The notes beneath the pieces are model-generated. The model searched no databases. It saw nothing but the letters and a program-made list of their open reading frames with translations, and had not been told where the DNA came from. The position numbers and the translations under genes are program-made. DNA of 61,121 nucleotides, filler included, from Sphacelaria rigidula (lineage: Eukaryota): NCBI GenBank assembly GCA_964200075.2. It is 8 parts of 8 records of this genome, joined end to end, with 100 filler letters (N's around TTAATTAATTAA, not from the genome) between each part and the next. Parts side by side here need not be neighbours in the genome. Positions count along the whole stretch, not along the records: positions 45,919 to 53,470 come from CAXNAA020014365.1; positions 53,571 to 61,121 come from CAXNAA020014366.1; 6 more parts are not named here. One strand, 5' to 3'. How positions within the stretch are numbered: the stretch's first letter is position 1; each line of letters starts with the position of its first letter. Positions 52,473 to 61,121 of the stretch are shown here, in pieces.

Positions 52473-52836
52473 ACAATTGCTGCTGCGAAAGCATATATAG
52501 GAGGAGAGGATGTATGCTGTTCGAATACATCGCAGAAGTGGTGGCTGCCAGCGTGCGTAACTTGCGAAGGCATGAAAGCATGTACCCCACGAAACAGCTC
52601 AGCGAAGACATACATGCACAGGCACTAACTCCTGTGCATGTGCCCAACATCTACATGTTCATGATAGAAGGCGGTGTAGTCTTTGGAAAGATAAGCTGCT
52701 CCGAACTCCACATGCGCCACAGGTCATCTCAGATCACCCGCGGTTGGGTCGCAGCCTAAGGGGTTCACGGGTGTGATACGAGTAATTGTCTGCCGAAAAC
52801 CCATCACTGCTTCTTGTGCTCCAGAGCCGAAGGAAT

Positions 52837-52985
52837 CACACCCTGGATTATGACAATAGCTTACATTGTCAAAAATTGCACTGCGTACAGTATCGACTAT
52901 TGCATCGATTGCAACAGATAATATATTCTATGCTGTACACCATACACTTTTGACAATGTAATATATTGTCATTACCAAGGGTGTG
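52837..52985. mobile_element. 149-bp MITE-like palindrome
   Basis: Arms cacaccctggattatgacaatagcttacattgtcaaaa and ttttgacaatgtaatatattgtcattaccaagggtgtg. Confidence 0.65.
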
Positions 52986-53742
52986 GAAGAAATACGTGTG
53001 AGTCATTATCCAGAGAACGCAGTGGTCCTTCGACTCTCTGATGGTGCGATTCCTCCGCTGTTCCCAATTTTCGTGACAGATAAACTCGAGGCAGCGATTG
53101 CGACTGGGACTTACATTTGCCTAGATGATGCCTGCTTTCGCCCATCATCCTTCGCGCGGCTTGCCCCACACGGCTCCTCCGGGTCTGCTGGAGACAAATG
53201 AAGGAAAGGCAAGTCCAAAATCATGCCTTCACCTGAGGCATCAGCGTGTGTTCCTCATGGGTCGAGTTTCGGCGGTACTACCCACTGTGCTGCAATGTGG
53301 TACCGTGTATGTGCAACACCCGCTGCTGATAAGTCATTTATCCTCGGGAATATCATCACTCGGGAGTAATATTATAGGGGTAGCACACAACGTAGCCCGG
53401 TGCACCGACAGGGTGCCACAAATGGTCGAAAATTCATAACTGGGCGCGCGGGGGCGGGGGAGCGGGGGGGNNNNNNNNNNNNNNNNNNNNNNNNNNNNNN
53501 NNNNNNNNNNNNNNTTAATTAATTAANNNNNNNNNNNNNNNNNNNNNNNNNNNNNNNNNNNNNNNNNNNNCCCCTGTGGGCAATCAGGCCGAAGAAATCG
53601 TGAATTCGGTGATTTTGAGTCGTGATGATTTGTCCTAACCGTGAAACATTATCGTTACCATAACAAAACGTCAGTTAAAAGCAAATCAACCTGGCCTACT
53701 ATTTTTTGTTCATCATGCCCAAGCGCGGTCACACAAAAACTC

Positions 53743-55325
53743 AAAGGCTCTGCACGTTGCACGTGCCACAGCGTTCAACATTACGTTCGCGTTACGTTTT
53801 GGCCAAAACGTGTGGTGGACGTTACTATTATTCACGCGATGAACGTAGCGTAACTTAATCCTTAAATTTTCGATGGAGCGTTAACGTAACGTTGATTGTT
53901 TCAACGTGCCAAACGAAAAGTAACGCTAAGGTTTAATTGTCCAAACGTTCAAAACACGTGATGCGAAACGTTTCATGGAACGTGTAACGTCTATTGCACG
54001 CCACATGTGTTGTAGACGTTACACGTGTATTATACGTTACACGTGCATTAGACATTACGCGTTACATGAAACGTCATACACACGTGGCATGAACCGATGC
54101 ACAATTCAAATTTGCCAGCCGTCGTATGTTCGCCAGCGCACGCTGAATAACGGAATCTGCAAGCAGACTAGAACCAGTCCAACATTGCATTTGTGCAGAC
54201 CCACCGGTCTAACCAACAACATTTTTGAATCCACCCGCGCAAAACAGAGCCAGCACACCATTTTTGAACGGCATCCGCGCGAAACAGAGCAGGCATAAAG
54301 GCCACACAACAGCACGCACACCCACATCACAGCTCACACGCACACATTCACAGACGAATCACCACCAGTTTTGCGCAAAAGCAACATCAGCATCAGGACT
54401 GTCGTACGGAGACCGCCGTTGAGCCTATCGCACACGCTTCACAAGCTTGGCCGGCAACTGACCCACGCACCCTTGTGTTTGGATCAGCTGTTGTGTGTCT
54501 GGATGAATTGTTCTCAGTAAATGTATTTTCTACAGAAAGGGTTGGCAACTGACCCACGTACTCTTGTGTGTTTGGATTAATTGTTGTGAGTTCGGATCAA
54601 TTGTTTTTAGTAAATGTATATATATTCCACAGACAGTACAGGCAACTGATCCACATACTTTGGTGTGCTGGGATCAATAGTTTTTAAGCAATGTATATAA
54701 TCCACGGATAGCACACATAACAGTACCGCGTAGCATTGTTCCCAACCCCAGACGGTAAGTAGAACAGACAGTACTAGGTGCTATACAGACAGTACTGTGC
54801 GGGGCGGTGGCATTTGTTGCACTGAAAGCCGTGAGCACAGATAACTTCTACAGTCAGGACAGCAGATGGTTTGCTGGTGTCGCCATCGAACGAGTGATCG
54901 AGACCGCTGCTGTTCCCAGATAATACGCCTACGCTCAAACCTACGACGGGCCACCGTCAGCATCAGGTACACGGTAACGTCACGCGTCACAGGACACGTT
55001 ACAAGGCGTCAAACACTGTGAGAACAGCCGCGACATGCACAGAATGGAACGTTACATTTGTACGTTCCACAGCCGATAAAACGTTTTCTCTAGACATTAC
55101 ACGTGACATTGTAACGTTTGATATCACGTTACATGTGACGAAACGTAACGTTCTTGGATTCTTTACGTGATGAAATTAATGTCACGTGACCATTAAGGTT
55201 TCAAATGAAACGTTGACGTGACGGTAAGTGTTTTTGACGTCCCAAACGATACGTGACGTAAATATTAATGTTTATAGACGTGATGGACGTAACGTGAACG
55301 TGAACGCGTAACGTGCAGAGCCTTG
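53743..55325. mobile_element. Non-autonomous TIR element with ACGT-rich subterminal arrays (hAT-like, uncertain)
   Basis: Termini aaaggctctgcacgttgc and gtaacgtgcagagccttg are inverted; dense ACGT/AACG motifs at 53750-54090 and 54970-55320; no clear TSD. Confidence 0.65.
54452..54712 (+). repeat. Tandem repeat, three units of ~92-97 bp (third shorter)
   Basis: ggcaactga(c/t)ccac...ggat(c/t)a...aatgtat recurs at ~54452, ~54544 and ~54641. Confidence 0.8.
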
Positions 55326-55543
55326 GGAATTTCAGCACACAAGTACCAAACCTGGGTTGGTAAGTGGCCTGCAAAATAATGTTCCGGATTTCGACCAGCC
55401 TGATTTATGCACGATCCATTCTAAGATCAATTACAAGAGATCATTGCCTTCAACTCGTGGAAAACGAAAAGTTTGAGTCCAAAATCAATGTTGTTCTTGT
55501 GCCCTATTCGTTGTCTATATCAAATTTTAAGGTCTAACCCGGC

Positions 55544-55835
55544 CGCGCCCCGGTGGTGTAATGGTCCAACTGTCCCCATTAGGGTGGAGAGAACAAGGGT
55601 TCGATTCCCGACGCGTTGGCTTTTTCTTCGTTGTATCTGATTTCCACCGTGGGAAGCGTGAGAACGTCAATGAACAAAGTAGTTGACTGAGTTTGTTTGA
55701 CGCGAGTTGACGCGCTCGGGAGTGCTGACCGAAACCGCGAGACGAGAATACAAGGTGTGTACCGGGTAGAGATGGGCTCGTCCTCAGGAAGGGGAGGGGT
55801 TCAACGTGCGAGAAATGAATGAATAGAAAAAAAAC
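55544..55835 (+). mobile_element. tRNA-derived SINE, family 2
   Basis: A box TGGTGTAATGG (55554-55564), B box GGTTCGATTCC (55598-55608), a non-tRNA body and the tail gtgcgagaaatgaatgaat; a homologous 3' part lies at 52340-52472 (-). Confidence 0.75.
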
Positions 55836-57530
55836 ACATGTAAGAAAGGGCGTGCAAGCTACAAATCCGCTTGGCCCAGCCCGTAGCTCACACTTCTCCA
55901 AATTTCAGGCATGAATGCTTCGTCGTACGTCTAGGTATTTTTCCAATTGATATATAGCGCCTTGTGAACGTAGCATTTGTGATCAAGAAAACCTTCGTTC
56001 GGTAGTCAAAGGGTGTTGTTTGGATCCACCTTTGTTCCGGGCAGAGGTGGAGGGATGATGAAGTAGCCTTCGGCACCGTCACTCAACTGTTCCATCTACT
56101 GCCGCAGTGGTCAACTCATGAGCAGCGACTGGCTGGGGATAGCCCGAGCTAGGCAATATGAGAGCGAGAACATTCGCGCGAGGGGTGATCCTACAACGAC
56201 ACACGTGACAGTTTGAAGAAAAGTTAAAAGCACAGCACACGTACGTGTTGTTCTATAAGCCCATTCGGAACTTCCAACAGAGGCCAGTAAGTCTGCCGTG
56301 AGTTACACTGGGACAAGGGGGATAGTAGCAGTGGCAGGCGAGGGGCCGGAGCGACACGCCATCACGAAGCGCACACAAAGTCCACTCCCGACCCAACTCT
56401 CGAAGGGGTCGCGGCTACTGATCGAATAGAGAGGAGCAGTGGACGCATTATCACGGCACGACCAGCGGATGTTGAGGATCGCATAAGTAAAGCTCCTTCG
56501 CCCAAACCCGATATTCCAACCACCATTTTCAACCAGTAAAGAAGCCGATCTTCGAATTCGACACTTCGCGATTCCGTGATGCATCGTTTGCTGTGCGCCT
56601 GCTAGAGCCGGAAATTGATCTTAACGTGCCGAACATGAGAGAAAAACCTCGCGTTAGAGATGAGGAAATGTGTAATATAGTGGAACAAACACTACAGAGA
56701 ACGGCATTGGATTTTCCGTTACGTCCGGCCAACGTTCCGCTCATTTTGCCCACGATCACACTGCATTATCCTTCCGCTGACGTTGGGTACATATTACATG
56801 GCGTTTCATCAACGAGAAAAACAAAATTATCAAGACTTTTGAGGAGATGGTACCGGTAGCGTCACTCGTACCATCCCTTTGACCACTCGGGAAAATGGGT
56901 GATTTGTTGAGTCGGCATCGCTTTACGCTTGGCGTTCAGACACGTTGGTGTTTCTACCCACTAATGGCAGCACATTCAAACAACGTCATCCTATCACAAG
57001 CCCACACTCAATCATTTGCTGGGACACTCAATCTGGCGAGAATGCTGCTGGATACAGGTAGAATACACCGAGACCAAGCAGCTTGGACACGACACCGCAG
57101 CGAGTGTACTTCGAACCACCGTTCTAGCAAACCCTCTAGTTCACACAGGCGTGGCCGGCTCTTCCCTACCCCCATTCAGGTTCCATCTTCGAATGACGTT
57201 TCGGGGCATTTTTTTCCCAGAATAAATCGACAACCTCCCGCTTAGTGCAAGGGTAAGATTACGATTCGAAGTCGTGTTTCTCGCCATGTGACCGGTTTGA
57301 AACGAGAAAATATTCGTCGGAAATGGGCAGATCACGAAAACGAAGCCGTTTCCTGATCACAGTAGGTTACATCAATACAATGTAATTCTTCGAAGTAAAA
57401 TTAATGGACAAACGGTTCCTCGACACAAGGTACAAGGTACGTGCCTGCAATTACCATACTCTTATGTGATATGACTGAAGGAAGATGGTTGTTTGCCTAT
57501 AGCACCGTGCCTATAGCATTGTAGATATAC

Positions 57531-57843
57531 CTCTTCTACGTTGCCGTCTTTGTCACCGGAACGGACGGACACGAGCGTGGCTCCATACGTTATGAAGCTG
57601 GCGCCAAATCCGTCCACGGTGTCGAGATCCACGCGGTACACCTGAAAAATATCATCAATAAGAATACGCGGCACCGAGTTGTGCAGAGACTCTTTCATTT
57701 TCATTGAGAATATACCATACGGTATTAGCAGTCGAGGCGTATTATCGTAATGGTACCACAATGATTCCTTTCAGATTTCTGCATGGTATAAACTGCGGCC
57801 CTTGAGCCTCCGCCACTAGCCGCCCCCTGCCGATTTTCACCAT
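57531..57843 (-). CDS. galM: Aldose 1-epimerase (galactose mutarotase) family gene, first two exons only
   Basis: Exon 57641-57531 (tttttcag| ... |gtatat, 37 codons) encodes VYRVDLDTVDGFGASFITYGATLVSVRSGDKDGNVEE, which matches the N-terminal YGATLxSxxxxDxxG motif; candidate ATG exon at 57843-57793; no downstream GRxANRI exon found. Confidence 0.62.
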
Positions 57844-59794
57844 GGTGCAACATGTGTTGGGGTTGATCGTCGAACAGTAACTGATGCCCCAGACATATAA
57901 ACGAGAAGACGCTTCCAACGAAGCTCGATAAAGAGGGGAAAGCTGACGCCGACAGAGAACGACCAGGGAACGCTGAAAACGGATAAACGAAAACAAACGG
58001 ACTGTACAAATATATATATATATATATCAACGCACACGATGCAGAACGCGACAGAACTGTACGGTGCGCCTCCGAAGCACACATCGTCGGCACATCTCAG
58101 CAGCATACAATCATGCATTTAGCGGACGACTACAGTACACGCAGTCAAGACTCGCCCCAAGGGGCACCGTCATGTAGTGCACCTGGAACAGAGTGTACAG
58201 TACGCCATTGAGGTGCGCGTGGAACCCGCAGTTGCCATTACGCGGCACATAACACGAGCGTGGCCCAATCCTCTTCATCGGCTGGCATCATGCGTTCGTG
58301 CTATGAGTGTTGTTTCGCTCGAATGCACGGAAATGGGGGCAGACACCGCTGATAAAAGTCGGGGAGTTGGCCCCTCTGTGTCGTGGGGTGCACCAGCGCT
58401 TGTAGGTGCGCTTCGTCGTCGAGATGCTCTCGGAAGAGATGATCAAGGTATACACTACAAAAACTCGAGGACGCCATCGTTCGGATCACGAGTAGGACCC
58501 ACGACACCTGACAACCAACTGCGGCAACACCAACAATCTACCGAACTGCCATGCTTCCCTCCCACCGTTTTCATCTGCGGTCGCCAAGTGAAAACAGTAA
58601 CACCAGTAGCTCGCCCGACCCAAGTAGGGCAAGCGTAACAAACCAACCCACCACGCAGCCAGTACTGACCACAGCTATAAGGCCGCCGTATGCACAGCGG
58701 GCACCGACGAATATTCTCAAAGGATTTCCAAACTTGCATTCTTGATAGAGGGGAAACGCGATGTCCCATGTCACGTTTTTCACGCCTGATGGGAAATACA
58801 TGTCGTGAAGACAAGGTTGCCCTGGAGACCCTCCACATTCATGGTGAAATTAGAACCCCCTCAATTTGCCTGCAGATTCGCAAATTTTCTGATGGGGACG
58901 TTTGTTTTGTCTTCACACGTGTGATCCGTAACGAAATATACCTATCCATCCACAGCATGCTCAAATCGGAAGGCACAGACACCCATCCGACCCGCGAAGC
59001 CACCGAACCAACGCACCCCGCCAACCCAACCTTTCAAAGGCAGTATTGTTTCAGGTCGGAGGGCACAGACCCGCCCACACGCCTAACCAAGCCAACGGAA
59101 CCCACCACTCCCACCGTATCCATCCAATCTACCCACTCGATACATCCACTCAACCACCCCGATTGGCGCATGTTTTGTTGCAGATGTATTTGCAGTAGAG
59201 GGAAACGAAGATCAAGGAGAGGAAAACGGAGGATGAAGGGCAAAACGAACGTCAACATATACTTCATCTCGGTCTCGCTCAAAACGAAATAATCATCAAA
59301 AAGAACAAATGACTGGTCTCTACCACATGGTTCCCGGCAAGCGGGTCGTGCGAGATCAAACTGAAACACAACACACACACACACACACACAAACAGGTCT
59401 GTACACACCAACTATACATTGTAGCACTTCCGAAGCGTTTTTCCTATGACGTTGATCGTGGTGTGCGCACATGTACTCTACAATTGGATCCACAGTCGCA
59501 CGGTAGCCGACAGCAACGACAACAACACAGACCAGCCACGCCCCCGAGGTCGAACCGGCATATCAATGGCCCCTTACGGCGTAAGGTTAAAGCATTTAAT
59601 CCTGACAGATATTTTTCATTCACGATGAGAATCCAACGTCCGTCGGTGAAGCGTCAGGACGTGAGTGGTGAAGAAGGTCTACGTTACGAGGTGACAAAGT
59701 GCGGGGGTGCTAGCCTGATCCGCGATACCATACGTTTGCGCATTTATAGCGGGAGAGATGGATTTATGCCCCGTGACTCTGCACTCGTTCCCAG

Positions 59795-59952
59795 GAGGGG
59801 GGGGGCGTACTCATTTGTTGCTTGCCTTAGTCGTTGACCATTGACCACGCATCCCTTTCGAGACGGAGCAGGGGGGGGAGGGGGGGCGTACTCATTTGCT
59901 GCTTGTCTTAGTCGTTTGACCATTGACCACGCATTCCTTTCGAGACGGAGCA
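59795..59952 (+). repeat. ~81-bp minisatellite, two units; a third copy at 45919-45990
   Basis: ggggcgtactcatttg...ttagtcgtt(t)gaccattgaccacgcat(c/t)cctttcgagacggagca. Confidence 0.85.
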
Positions 59953-61121
59953 CCGTTTTTACTTCTAATCGAGACACCTCCAACGTTCAGGTGCTCATTA
60001 CGTTCCTAAATGTTGGGAGGGGGGAGGGGCGAATTAAGCAAATAGGACGAATGACTCTGAGCCCGCCAGCTAATAGAAGAGCGAACGGTGGACACTCAGG
60101 CAAACTCCGAGGACCATGGAGCCACGGGGGGGAATACAATGCTGTATCTGACGGAGGGTACACTCCCTAGTGGTGAGGATTCCGATCTTGACCTCCTCAA
60201 TAGGGACCAAGCCCCTGCACCCCCGAAAGACAGAGTTCATGCATGGATCTCGAACGCGGAGTTTCCGACGACGTCAGATTCGGCGTAACTGCATTAGTAC
60301 CGTTCTGCTCGAGAGCAACGGCCGTTGCTAGAAAGCAATGGCTGCCAGCCTCGGGAGAGAACGAGAGAGGGTTCATTGATGCCCTTTCACTAATACGCTG
60401 CGAATCCAGCCGTGGTCACAATATGGACGTTGCCAACAAAATGAATACTGTAGATGGAAACAGTAGCCAAAGGAGCCCAAACAGTTCGTGAAAGCAGAGG
60501 AAATAAGGGAACATACACAACTCAACAGATTGAGGGGGGGATGACACAAAGGGTGTTATACCCGGTAGGCTACGGCATTAGGCATCTCGTCTGATCAAAC
60601 GATACCGTGGGTAAATGACAAGATCGAAAAGGGCAAATCTGCGTCATAGCCGTCCTCATCGATTGTTTTTCAGAGTTCTTGGGCCGGAGAAGCAAAGGAG
60701 ATGAATTGTGCTTCAGAGTACTTCCAAATCCTTCTTCTCCTATTCAATTTACTGTGATCCGTCTTCCTTCGCCCATACTCCCTCTCTTGAGTTTTCTCCA
60801 GCAGGTAGCTCCGTTCATTGTGCCTTCGGTACACGCGTCTGCCTTGTAGCCACGAAGGGAGTCTTTGGGAATCAAATAATGCCGGAGATAACGCGGCACT
60901 CAAGCAATCTTTCATCAGATAATCATCAACAGTCCGAGTCAAAATAATCTAATTACTAGCAAAAGGTTGGGATATTTACTACTACAGGAACAGCTGTACC
61001 GCGACCGCGACCACGATGAATGACACTCATGGGTTGTAACCCACCCTTCGCCCCCCCCCCCCCCCCCAGCCCCCCCCCCTCCCCCACCTTGCCTTGGCCT
61101 CCGGTCGCCAACCGCCCCGCA

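Noticed and set aside
55544..55620. Functional tRNA gene
   Set aside because: It has A/B boxes but no clean acceptor stem, and it continues into a repeated SINE body; the same applies to the family 1 heads.

Overview
This is not one locus. It is eight unrelated eukaryotic contigs (7554, 7553, 7553, 7553, 7553, 7552, 7552 and 7551 bp, in descending length) joined by artificial 100-bp N44-TTAATTAATTAA-N44 linkers, so adjacency across a linker means nothing. The DNA is repeat-rich and gene-poor. Spliceosomal introns, TTAGGG repeats, CpG-rich repeats and the Copia/SINE style suggest a stramenopile, probably a brown alga (inference). Well-supported content: a TIR-bounded, TA-flanked mariner (DD39D-like) with a disrupted transposase; a frameshifted Ty1/Copia gag-protease segment and a separate Copia RNase H end; a decayed chromodomain-bearing Ty3/Gypsy integrase; two tRNA-derived SINE families and a LINE-tail-like repeat; several MITE-like palindromes; an ACGT-rich TIR element; and 5' exons of an aldose 1-epimerase. 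The most interesting leads are two intron-containing fragments with an AcademX-type C-terminus (HxxRA...W...GW plus Cys cluster), a pre-miRNA-like hairpin, a SINE sharing its 3' tail with another dispersed retroelement, and a hydrophobic insert between Copia gag and protease. No complete novel system can be demonstrated, and most ORFs in the supplied track look spurious.
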